Assembly: GCA_964188305.1 (NCBI GenBank) | Contig: OZ076890.1 | Source: Podarcis bocagei | Lineage: Eukaryota | Length of the DNA stretch: 64,000 nucleotides | Strand: one strand, 5' to 3' | Shown here: piece after piece, positions 26,761 to 38,900 of the stretch | Position numbering within the stretch: the stretch's first letter is position 1 | How the letters are laid out: each line of letters opens with the position of its first letter | The notes under the pieces: model-generated | Told to the model about the DNA's origin: nothing | Seen by the model: the letters and a program-made list of their open reading frames with translations, nothing else | The model's database searches: none | Program-made: the position numbers and the translations under genes

Positions 26761-29700
26761 AAAGACTAGGACCAACAAAGAATCTCTTCTGAACACTACA
26801 ACGAAAAAGAGAGATGAAAGCCTGCAAACCATGTGTGAAGGAAAACACATGTATCATCTGCAGCAAAAGGTAAGATAATGATTAGATAAGCTCAACCCCA
26901 CCAAACTCACAAGAAATTATAAAGAAATTCTTGTGCCATTTGAATGAGGAAGAAAAAGAGAAGCCTCTTTTGTGGAAGAAGAAACTTCTGAGAACTTGTA
27001 GGACAGGTAACACAGCACTTGAACACACACACATGGTTTGCAGGCTTTCATCTTTCTTTTTCTTTGTAGCATCGATAAGAGATTCTTTGTTGGTCCTAGT
27101 GTTTGGACGCAGAGATTAAGAAAAATGAGCAGGCTGGTGTTTTCATGTTCATCTAAGTATACAGAAGCGTGTGTATGTGCTTCATTTTCATTTGAAAAGG
27201 AAGTGGCTTCTGTTCTGGTGGGATTGTTGCTGGGAAGTTAATCCTTGTTTTCACAGCTTATTTTGGCCCTTATGACTGAAACTTTACACAGCTTCCAAAA
27301 GGTTAATTTTTATTGTAGTTATGACAAAGCAGCTATCGTGTATATAACAGTGTCTTGCCAGCTGAGCTATGGCTTATCCTGGGGCTTACTACCCAGCTAT
27401 TGGAATGGGCATGTTCATGTCAAGCTGAAGTCACATCTCATCAAAGGAAGGGCATTCAGACACTTTCTGGGACTAAGTGTTTTCTCCTTTTTGAAAGACA
27501 GTGAGATTTCCATTGAGTGAAGAGAGATCAAAGGTATGGAGAGCAAAATGGGTATTTTTGCACTAAAGGTTTGCCAATGTATCATATGGAGCAGCAACAG
27601 CTAGCCTTGGGGGCAAGTGTGCCACAAATCAGCTCTGAGCATGAGACTAAGCTACTCAGCTGCTCTCTGTAGTTCAGATACCCCTGATGTTTTCATGTAG
27701 TTTTGCCTCTGGTCTACTGATCTGGACAGCAGGCAACAGCATAGCAGGACACAAGTACATGGAAGTGAAGGACTGATTTTAGGCCATATCTTGGATTCTT
27801 CTGCTCCTGTCCACCAATGCCACAAATACCTGCTACCTGTGCCATTTTGACCACTGATGCCACAGAAAGGGCGACCATGATATAGGCCTAGGGAAGAATT
27901 CTACCTCATGCTAAGTTCATCATTTCATCAACGCAAGGATTTCAGCTTGCCAGAAGGAATGATCCCCCTCCCCTCACATGCTGCTCTGAGGGGTCTCGCA
28001 GCCTCCCAAAACTAATTTTGGTTTATGAGGGAAGAGGACGGGGAGAGCCCAACTGCATGAGTCCTTGTGCAGCGACCTGTTAGGTGATTCCTGCCCTTTG
28101 TTCTTTCTCAGGTGCCAAATCCATATCTGGCATATATCTCACATTGAAGGTGGTGGAATAACCCTCCCTAAATAATAAGTAAGTTCCTGCACATAGAAAC
28201 CTAGCATGTATGTAGACAGCGAGGCTAGAATGCCTCCACATTTCTTCCATACTTCTCCAGTTCCTATGGAGAAGTCTCCCTCCTCTCTCTTTCTCGCTCT
28301 ATCTTGATCTTGTGAGCACACCTCCTGCCACACAGGTTTGCCACTTCACTGGGAACCAGGCCATAGGACAGGAAACTTTTTCATTATCTCGTGAGTAACC
28401 TTCCAGGGGCCACATACCAGTGGTAGGAGAGGCCAGAGGCAAAAATGGGTGGAGCAGCAGGTGTGATGCTTGATATAGTAGGTTGCAATCTAGCCAAGTG
28501 GAAGTCAGAGGCTTCAATACACACAACTGTTCATCTAGGACGCAGGAGGCATTATCAAGGCCACATTCCAGGCAAAAGCTCTTAAGGATGATCGAGAGTA
28601 TGACCAGTAAGAAGTGAAGCCTTGGGAGCAGGGATTGGTCGGGAGAAGAGGTGTTGCCGAGGGAAAGTCCCAAGGGCTCAATGAAGGGGCCTAGGATACA
28701 TTTGGCCCCCAAATCTGGGGTTCCCCACCACTGCCTTAGAGTTATGCTCTGACACTCTTAAAAGATGAACTACGGCTTCCTCCCATGGCTCTACTTTCTA
28801 CTCAACTATTGCTACTCTGGAATAAAGTGACCAAGACATAGACTGCTGTGGCCAAAAATTGTAATTGGTAATTGTTTGTGTCGGGTTATTTGAACCAAAG
28901 CAAGATTTCGCCAAACCCCCTTTGTAATAATTGTCATTCTCATGAGGATGAATAATTAAGAGAACCTTGGAATGATCCAATAAACCGTAAACAGTAAACC
29001 AGAAGGATTCTATTACCTGCTGTAAAAGTCAAATTACATATGATTTTTAGCATCAATAAAAGTGCCACAGTTTTATGACAGTTGCTTCATGACATTGGCA
29101 AGGGAAAGTGACTTTTATCATCAAAATCCCTAAAGTATAAATGTGCTCTTTAAATACAGTTTAATGAATTCCTGCATCTTTGACAAGCACAGACAAGTTT
29201 TCTTTTTACAAATCTGTTGACTGCTTTGTGAATTAAGGCTGAGTCCCTTTCCCAACAAATCTCAACACTGAACAGTGGCAAAGGTATTAAATGTGGGAGG
29301 GAACTGATTCATAACAGAAATGTGTCAAATCTGTGTAAAAAAATACCTAAACTAGGATGCATTATAGTAGGAAAGCAAATCTGGATAGAACTGCCTAGTT
29401 TCCACTGGGGATCAACACTTTGCTGTCTTCTGTGGCAAAGGATGTGTTCACAAGAACAAAACAAACTGTGGGATTTGTTCCTACCGCTGTATCACTTTTT
29501 TTATTTTATAACCTACTTTTCTAGTATGAGGTACTCCAAGAGGTTTGTGCACAGAAACAACAGAAAGCATAAAAAAATATTAGAAATATTTTCATTATAT
29601 TTAAAGTACAGTATATCAAAGCATCACTTTTTAATTTTGTTGGCTTCTATGAGCCCTGATTCTGATTGTATTGAACATACATGAAAGACAGGACGGCTAT

Positions 29701-32307
29701 ATCATCTTCACACAGGATTTCAGGACTGCCTGTTTCTTTGGCCAACTTGCTGGTTCTGTGAACTGAGTGATCAACTAAAATCTATGGACATGATCTGAAG
29801 GAAACCAAGAATTAAAGGAGGAAATCCTTTGGCAATATCCATTTACAACTTTATTACCAGCTTGCCTTACACCAGCATTTTGTGCATAGGCTTGTTCCCA
29901 AAGGCTGCAATCATATGAGCACTGAAATGGGAGTAAATCCCATTGAATACAAAAGGACTTACATCTCAATAAATATGCAAAAAGTGTGCTGTTAGACAAA
30001 TGCTTAACTCTTCTATAAAAATCATGTGTTCAGCTTTGGCTAGAATGTGTACCAACATTTTTTGCTCTTGTCATTAAATATCCACTCTCTTTTACAAGTG
30101 CTTTTTCAAAGCAAAATGAATAAAGAAGAGTTATTACATTTAATTTGCACAAGAAAGGATTATGCTATTAAACAGAGCAAAATATTAAAGTATAAGAGGA
30201 AAATAACCTCACAGATTCATGAAATTTGTTACAATTACCGCACCTTAATAATCTTCTTGATTTATAACCAAAGACCCGATAGAGAGAGGACATTAACGTA
30301 TTTGCTGCCCTCTAAAACTGTATTATACTGGGTACTTGTTTTGTGTTGGCAGCAATTTAAACTTTCAATAAAGCTCAGCACAAAGATTGGTCCTCATAAA
30401 CTTAAAAGGATCATACAACCACAGCAGGCACTGTAACAATGGTTTGACTAAGGTTTTCTGAGGTTCTTTTCCACATGGTTTCCAAAACAATAGGAACAAT
30501 CCAAAAACTCTGTTTATATATGCAAAACTCCAGGGTTCGTAAAGAAATTGCACAGCGAAGCAAAAACTTAAAATATGTATACATGTCTCTATTTGACCTG
30601 AAGAAATTCGTATCTTAACTTTCTAATAAAAAAGCTTTAAATGCAACTCTCAAAAAATAGTATATTAAAACTTGAAAGAACAATAAACTAAATAAAAATA
30701 CATAACATAATAGCAATGAAGATATGTGGTTAAAACCAGTGGGTGGTAGTCAACTATGTTTTATTCAGAGTAAACTCACTGACCTAACTTAGGGATGTTC
30801 ATTTTACTCTGAGTAAAGGTTAGTTAAATATCACCCAGCTTAATTTAGGGAGCAATCCTACAGCAGGATGAGTGGGTTAGAATCCAGTGGATCTCTGACT
30901 AAGCCATAAACTGCTTGGCATAGCCAGAATATGACGGCTTAAATCACTCATCCTCAACTCAGCTGGTATATACAGGCAGCTGCCATTTTAGGTGCATCCA
31001 ATATGTGAGCAACTGCACATAGACACATCGCGTCAAACCCAGAATGACCTGAAAAAGTCACAGAAATGTCACAAAAAGAGCAGAACGAAGTGTTTATGGG
31101 CTTTTTCAATGGTGTATTTCCAATACGTTCAGTGCCTCAGAACGTAACCTCCAATTAAAGGGGAGCTGCCCATCACGGTGTATCCCTCCCATCCCAGCTC
31201 TGCCAGCCCCCAAGTGGACGAGACAAGTTAGGTGTAAACTTAAGCTAGTGTAAACCCTGAAAGGGGGGTGTTCCAGGGATGTGATGTGGTGGAACCGGGG
31301 TGGGTGTGTGAATTAGGTTGGATCCTAAGCCTGTTCAGCTTGGTCACGTGATCTGGAAATCCACCATAATTTAAGCCAGCAAAAAGGGTGGCGCAATTCA
31401 AACAGTATTTTAGAGGCTTGTTTTTTCTCTCTCTGCCAGGATTAGGCTGGCTCAGCCAGCAGCAGTCTCGTCGCTGAATGGAGTTTGGATCTGTTATAAC
31501 TTTATGCTGCCATCTCTTACACTGACTTGCTTTATGCCAGCTTCTTGTGTTCCCAAAATCTCAAATTCAGGCAAACATTATAAACTCCATTTGGACTTTG
31601 CCAGTAAAATATCTGGGATAAAAACACTACTGTTTGAGAGACTTGAGAGATGCTTCTGCATACTTAAGCAAAGATGTGAAGAAATCATTAAATCTTAATA
31701 CTGTAATGTGTTACTAAATGCAATCATTTCAAACAACTATCAGACTCAATATGAAATATTGCTGTGAAGAAATTTAGATAAATGATGCATTAGATATAGT
31801 TCAAGCCTGGCCAAGTAACCGGTTCAGGTGTTTTCCCAAGTGGCCATCCTGAGAGAAGATCAATGGATGTCATCCCATGGTGTTGGAGGATGGAAGTAAA
31901 AACCATTTACCTTTTCACTGGCTACTAAGTCCTTTCAGATGGATAAACTACAGAATGATCTCATGTATTCTGATGTTTGGCAAGTCCCTAAGCCAGAGGA
32001 TGTAACACAATTCTTAGTAGTAGCTGCTGTGGTGTAAGCAGTCTCCCTATGGCAAGAGATGTGAGTTAGGGAGCACTTGATAAAATCAATTTCAGCTTTC
32101 ATGCTTGCTTTCCAAATTCTGCCTACAGAACATGACTGAGGATGAGCCTCAAGAGCGGAGCAAAAACAATCACCAGATAGGGCTAGTTGCTATAAACCAG
32201 TAGCCCCTGTCCTAGAGGAGAAGCCACAATTCTCCCGGTGGGGGTTGTTCTCCTACAGATTGCAGGTGGAGGAAACAGAAGCCCCCTTTGACCCGATAGG
32301 TGAGAAA

Positions 32308-32449
32308 NNNNNNNNNNNNNNNNNNNNNNNNNNNNNNNNNNNNNNNNNNNNNNNNNNNNNNNNNNNNNNNNNNNNNNNNNNNNNNNNNNNNNNNNNNNNN
32401 NNNNNNNNNNNNNNNNNNNNNNNNNNNNNNNNNNNNNNNNNNNNNNNNN
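32308..32449. other. Assembly gap (run of N)
   Basis: 142 consecutive N. Confidence 1.
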
Positions 32450-32665
32450 TGCTTTATCACTACCCGAAATAGTCTCAAAGCGGCTAACCATCTCCTTTCC
32501 CTTCCTCCCCCACAACAAACACTCTGTGAGGTGTGTGGGGCTGAGAGACTTCAGAGAAGTGTGACTAGTCCAAGGTCACCCAGCAGCTGCAGGTGGAGGA
32601 GCAGGGAAGCAAACCCGGTTCACCAGATTACGAGTCCACTGCTCTTAACCATTACACCATGGCTC
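32450..32665 (-). mobile_element. tRNA-derived squamate SINE (3' end runs into the gap)
   Basis: Minus strand begins GAGCCATGGTGTAATGGTTAAGAGC (A box) …CCGGGTTTGCTTCCC (B-like), with a GGGTGACCTTGG core. Confidence 0.7.
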
Positions 32666-34587
32666 ATACACAGCGCTGAGTGACAAGGGTTCTAAATCAC
32701 AGGGCAGATCTTCTTCCCAATGGGTGGCTAGCAGGAGGAGGGGCCAGCAGAGACGTATGGGTGGTAGTGTAGCCCCTCCATGCCCAAAGGGGGCTTAAGA
32801 CATTTTGTCTTTCCTCAAAATTCATCCAATCCAATCCAGTTTTTACTACATTCACTGGCAAGCACCCTCCCCCTGATCAATCTTGGTAAGAACTGTTTTA
32901 TATCTAGTATTCTGACAAGCAAATTTTCTCCATTCCTCCTATGACCTCCACCCAAAACGCCAGATTAAGGTGGATCTGTTGCATTTGTAGCAGCAGGGCT
33001 TCGCAACAGACGACTGTGGGTGTCGAATTGTGGCCCTTCACAAATGAGTTGCCAGCTTGAAATGCAGTGATTTGTGTTAATGTTCATTCCGAATCGTAGT
33101 TAAATGGGATTCATATGGGAAAACTCCTGACATTATCAGCAAGATTCTACAGAGAAGTTCTATAGTGCAGCACAGTCTAGTCTGATACTACTAGAACTCT
33201 GCTTTGATTGTCAGATCCTCTGATCATCATTTCATTACTGCAAGGATCTGGCTTTGCCACTGGCTTGAATTCTGTACTTTGCCACCTTTTTTCTCAACCT
33301 CTCCCTCCCCCACTTCATTTCATCACAGGTCCTTTGAAATGACATCTATATCACAGCTGCAACCTGGTGTCTGTCAAAACTAGAAGGATTTTTGATACTC
33401 CTGCTGAGAGGCAGCCCTGGTATGTGCCTCAACGAAGCCCTCCAGAACTACTCCACTGGTACAAAGGTTCCCTTTTCTGGTTTTGTTCTTTGGGATTCAG
33501 TTTCATGGCCTCAGGGTTCTTTCCATTCTTTGTGGAGGTTGAGCTTTTCAAGAAATCTTAAACTCTGTTTCCTCTGCAATTTATCCATTTGTTTATTCCC
33601 CCTTTCTTTCAAGAGGGTCCTTCCTCTCAAAATTGGCTGCCTGTCAAAGATTGTTTACAATCTGATCAAGCTTATTTCAATAAATTGTTCCAGCTGCTAG
33701 AACACAATTTGTTTACAACTTCTGAAACGGCCTCCTTAATATGTGAAGCCAAAAATACATTGTCATTGAATTTTCTCCTAAGTGAAAGCATCCGAGGGAT
33801 TCTTTGGGAAGTGGAGAGTTCTGATAAATTCCTCAGAGGATATTTCAGATATCCTTAGCCAAGGGTCGAACTAACTCCCATGTCATATCTTGACTAATGC
33901 CACTCCTCTGGAAACATGCATGCAGAGGACTCAGAAGAATCATTATATTGACTGCTTATTAGCTGTCAAATCCAAAGGGTAGAAATTCAGTAAATAAATA
34001 AAGAGTACACAAAAAGAAATCTGCCGTGGAGCTGTTCATTGCCTTTACTTCTGCCCAACTTCTTGCTGAAACCTGAGCTAGGTAATACAGTACCTAAAGT
34101 TTGAATTTGTCTTATTTTGACCACCCCAGCTGTTCCATCAATGCTCTGAAACCTGACTTCAGAATTGTCCTATTGATTCAGAAACCGAGTAGCTGGATGT
34201 TTAAGCGTACTTCACTTTGCACGCAAAAGGGTAAAGCCGCTTGCTTCTGATCCAGGGAATTCCTAGAGGAACTCCGGCTTCTCAACTGCCATTCTTTCAG
34301 AGCATATCGCATATTGTTCTCTTTGAACAGGGCTAATGACCTATCATTTCAAGGGCTGCTTTTTATCTCTTCAGGAATGCTGCTAGACTGAAGCCACCTC
34401 TACCAATATAACTATTCTAAGCTTCTATTATCTCAGAGAGGAATCACTGCAGCTCATTGCAGGTTTGGAGGATACCTCACTGTTCTGGATGGTTTGGCCG
34501 CTCTTAGAAAATCCATTGGCCTTAATGGTTTCCTTGTGATAAAAACTGACTTAAAGTTATATCTCGGTAACAGTATATACATTAGAA

Positions 34588-34836
34588 CAGGCATGTCCAA
34601 CAGGTAGATTATAGTCTACTGGTAGATTGCATGGCATTCCTGGTAGATCCTGTTAGATCTCTGGCCCCTCAGTGATCCCCTTACAAACAACACCCCCCCC
34701 CAAACTTTGGCTTCCTAAAAAAATCTCAACAACTTTGGGTAGATCATAGCCAGTCTTTTTATGACAGTGGGTAGATCACTGCCATTTTTTTTATACTGCG
34801 AGAAGTTCGCAGTCTATTGGGAGTTGGACGTCCCTG
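34588..34836. mobile_element. hAT-type MITE
   Basis: Imperfect TIRs CAGGCATGTCCAAC / GTTGGACGTCCCTG; 8-bp TSD CATTAGAA / CGTTAGAA; internal GGTAGAT repeats. Confidence 0.75.
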
Positions 34837-35266
34837 CGTTAGAATCTGAACATCTATTTGAAAAAGCAACCTTCTTTTTATGATTGCTGGCAGGGCCACT
34901 ACGGACTCCAACCTACACAAGCTCCAAACAGCCATTTTAATTTCCCACCTTGCTCTGTAGTGACACTTCATCAGGGCATTATGGGAAATTAAAATGGTAG
35001 CTAGGCTCAGCCACACAGCAAAGATTTGAATGCGGCTACCAGCCACTGCTAGCCCAGTGAAAATGTGGGTATCCCTTAAACTAGTCAGATTAACTAACCA
35101 GAAATATGCCCTAACCTAGAATATAGAAATATCTTCCTACTCAAGGAGTGTAACAGAACACAAAGGAAGATAAACTGTATTCCATTCCTAGTTCCTTGCT
35201 GTGGAAACAAAGTCAGAATAAGAAAGCAGGCAAAGGCCTATTTTGCCCAAGAGATCGATAGATGGA

Positions 35267-35269
35267 TTT

Positions 35270-35325
<56 letters not shown>

Positions 35326-35337
35326 TTTCTTTCTTTT
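35267..35337. repeat. (TTTC)n microsatellite
   Basis: Direct reading. Confidence 0.95.
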
Positions 35338-35747
35338 GAAGTACCAAGGAAAAAACCCATAAATAAAGATTTACATATAAAGTCTAAATGCAGTGTCAAT
35401 AAATATATGCTTTTTCCGAGATCACAAATTTCATTCAAACTAAAATACACAGATTTACTGTATATAGCACCTCTAACTGTCTACATAGACCAGCAGAACC
35501 TCTGAGATAATTTCCCACCGGTCCCTTCCTGAAATAGGGGAGGTGCAGTGGTTGTAACAGTTGCAAATTTTGGCTACCTACGAACACCTGCCAAAAAGTT
35601 ATGACACTGCTCCCACATACTACTTTTGATGTAAAATTATATGAAATCTGGTAAGAAAATTAAATTTCAAACAAAAACTCCACCCCATAGTAAATACTGT
35701 AGTGGTGGTGGGGGATATTTAATGGTCTTCTTGCGTTATCAGTGTGA

Positions 35748-35984
35748 GAGCCAGTGTGGTATAATGGTTAGAGTGCTGGACTTGGATCTGGGAGTTCAAA
35801 TCCCCCCTCAGCCATGACGTTCCCTGGGTGACCCTAGTCAAGACACTGCCTCTCAGCCTGATCTACTTTATAGGGTTACTGTGGTGATTAAATGAGAAGG
35901 GGGGGGGGTGAGTAACCATGTATGCACCCTTGACCTCCTTGGAGAAAAAGGTGGGATATAAACACAACAGATAAATAAATAATA
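35748..35984 (+). mobile_element. tRNA-derived squamate SINE
   Basis: GAGCCAGTGTGGTATAATGGTTAGAG (A box), GAGTTCAAATCCC (B box), GGGTGACC core, (ATAA)n tail. Related to 32450-32665 and to a partial copy at about 12842-12945. Confidence 0.7.
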
Positions 35985-38900
35985 GGAGTAGTTCAACATG
36001 AAGGATTTTTTTTAAAACTGGCATTTCCCAAAATGTCAGATGACGAATCAATCTTGATGTGACGCTAGTAACTGTAAAAGTGTTTATGCTGCCTGATTGT
36101 GAACTGCCATTGTCCATCAGGAACAAGCAAACAAAACAACAATAACATCCTTCTGGCCACTGAACTAAGCTCATTTTAACATTTGAAGGCAGCTTGATCT
36201 GCCTGGCTCAAAGAAAACAACAATCCTCTAAGAACTTCAGTAGGCCTGGAAGTTTACTGATATCTGAAGCAAAGAGAAATTGTCTGGGGACTCCAGAAGC
36301 TGCTATTAGATGACATAACCCACATGGAACTGCCGTCCTCCCAGAAGTGCCTCATTCTTTCCCACCTAGAATTCGGCAGCGCAGCTGATCAGTGTAAACA
36401 TGTTTCCTCCCAACGGCCACCCTGGCCCTTTGGTTTTCACCTGTCCCCAGCTGGCATCTCCGTCTGATGCTGAAGGCAGACACCGGCCATGCTGTTCACT
36501 GCACAATGACAGGCGAACAAAAGAACAAACAAGCTGGGGAGATTTGAAACATGGGAGCTTGGGGACCCGTGTGAGTTTCACTGTGCCACTGTGAACCTCC
36601 CACTAAATATAAAAGCTGTTCTCTTCAGTGAAGGAAGCCAATAACAAACGGCTTTCCTTATGTCTCTGAGTAAACCCTTTGGGAGTCAGGAAACAGCAGC
36701 GTGTGGAACTCCGCACACATACACAGACACCCTTGGACAGATTTGATATCCATACTGCCAGGTGCCATAAGCTCTGTTGAGGCCAGGTGACACCTGGCAA
36801 GCATTTAGCTTGAGAAAAGGGTGTTTGGGGGGGGGGAGAGCTTTTGTTTGTTGGTCTGCCAGATATTGTATTTCAAAGGGCTCCTGATCATTGAGGATTT
36901 TTAATACATCAGTTGTCTGTCCCCTGTCTTGCATACGTCTTCATGATTTCATGTCAAGTTAGGTACCGGAGACAGATGGAGCAAATCTCCCACGAGTATT
37001 TGGCAGTAAATTCCAAAGTGCTAATGCATCCAGAAAAAAATTTCAATACTGTTTTCCCCTTGCTGTTGAGAGTGCTCAACAACTTGTTGGTTCTTGTATC
37101 ATGTGAAACGATGCAACACACATTATGTTGAAATTATCAAGCAAATTGTGGTGTTAACATTAATCCTTCAAGAAACTCCACCCCTTTTGCATGCTAATCC
37201 AAAAATCAGCCCATGCAATCCTTTTTGATGTGGCAGGATGTTGGAGGATGGAAGATGCTCGGCTGAGTGTTCCAAAATTAAAGTAAGGTGGCAGTGAAGA
37301 GCAGTGAACCTCAAGCTGGTGCAAAATGGGGGGAGGGGTATATATTGGTATTGAACAATATCCTTCTTCATGGACAACAATTCTGTTTTGTTGCTGCCTT
37401 TGCTGTTCTTAGATTGTTGCCGACATTCCATTTTTATATACTGTGAGCCACTTTCAACAGCTGTGCCCCCCAAAGTGACTGATAATTTTAATTGAAAACA
37501 ACAACATTGCAGCACTTCCTCCTTAAAAGCGAAACGCCTTAAAAAGTGATTCCTGAAGAGAAGTGTCTCTAGGGAAGTCCATATGTTTCATTATTACCTC
37601 AGATGGTCTCAGGGGAGACACAGATGAGAGAACCTGAAAGTAAGATTGCTGCTCAGCTGCTGAAGATCACTGATTGACCTTGGGTCTGTTATTAACCCTA
37701 AACTACCTCAACAATTGTTGTGCTTGTGAAATGGGTCAACCCCATATACTCCATAAGCTCAAGTCTTGCAAGGAATAGTAAATAAAATTTATATTCTGAC
37801 AGACTTCAGCAATCAGATGGCAGAAATAAATCAAAGTGCAGATATAAATGATTTTAGGGTGAACTTCATAAATGTATCCTTGAAACAAAAAGCCTCTTAC
37901 AAGGACAACAAAGTATTTAGTCAGTTGTAGCATGCTGCAAAATACTCTTCCTTGTTATACTGGCTTGGAACTACTGTAACATGCTTTTTCCCATTCCTAT
38001 AGTAGTTTCATTTCACTCTACTACTCGTGAACAATGAAGTCAGCATATACTGATAAAAATAAATCTAACAATTCAGGGAAGAGAAAAAGCTAACGAAGAG
38101 AAGGGGGGGGGAAGAGGCAAGTCTGTGCTTTGCAAAATCTATAGTATACAGTCACTGAGAAATGAAATAAGATAATAAGCTTCCCAAACAATTTGAAGGG
38201 ACATACGCTTTTAAAAAAAAATTCTTGCACATCACTCACTCCCATTCATTTAAAAAGCAAGGCAAGAAGAAAGGAATTTACTCTTGCCTCTCTTAAAATA
38301 CACAAACTGAGTAAAAAAAATAACCTGTAACCCTAAACTCACATTCTTTAGAAATCTTAGATGCACAGAGACGATCATCCGAAGTACAGGTGGTACAGCC
38401 AGGGGGTGGTGGCCATGCAAAGGCCAGCTCAGAAAAGTGACTTGTAGGTGGGGGTACACACACAGGCCGAGATCAGTCGCCAACTATGCTGCTTTTCTTG
38501 GTTGGCAGCTAGAATAACTCAAGGAGCTTGGAATATAACCAAGCGCCTCATTCCCTTGATAATAGACAACTTGCTACATTCTGCCTTAGTTCTTGGTAGT
38601 CTAGCCATTGCTGGGATTCATGCAGAAGATACCAAGTGATGCTTCAGCAAAGCGAGCTGGAACATTCCCTCTTACGTCCCTTGGGTTTGCTCTGCTCAAG
38701 AAATTAGGAGGTAGAGAGGAACGCATTCTTGATACTACAGGGACAACAGAAGATAGTCAACATTTGCCAAAATTATAATATCCTAGAAGTCCAAGAAGTT
38801 GTGACTCACTTATTTCAGCTGTGGTTCAAGATTTCCTAGCCTGTCTTTGCCCCTTGTCCTGGCCTAGTAGCCTGCTTTTTAGACTAGCATGTTGCTTTCC

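Noticed and set aside
28418-28733. Possible hAT relic with CAGTGG…CCACTG ends (similar case at 49602-49771)
   Set aside because: TIRs are short and no matching 8-bp TSD was found.
32183-32683. ORFs spanning poly-X
   Set aside because: Artefacts of the N gap.
34932-34997. Hammerhead ribozyme reading of the minus strand (CTGATGA…GAAA)
   Set aside because: The core words are present, but stems I and II cannot be formed convincingly.
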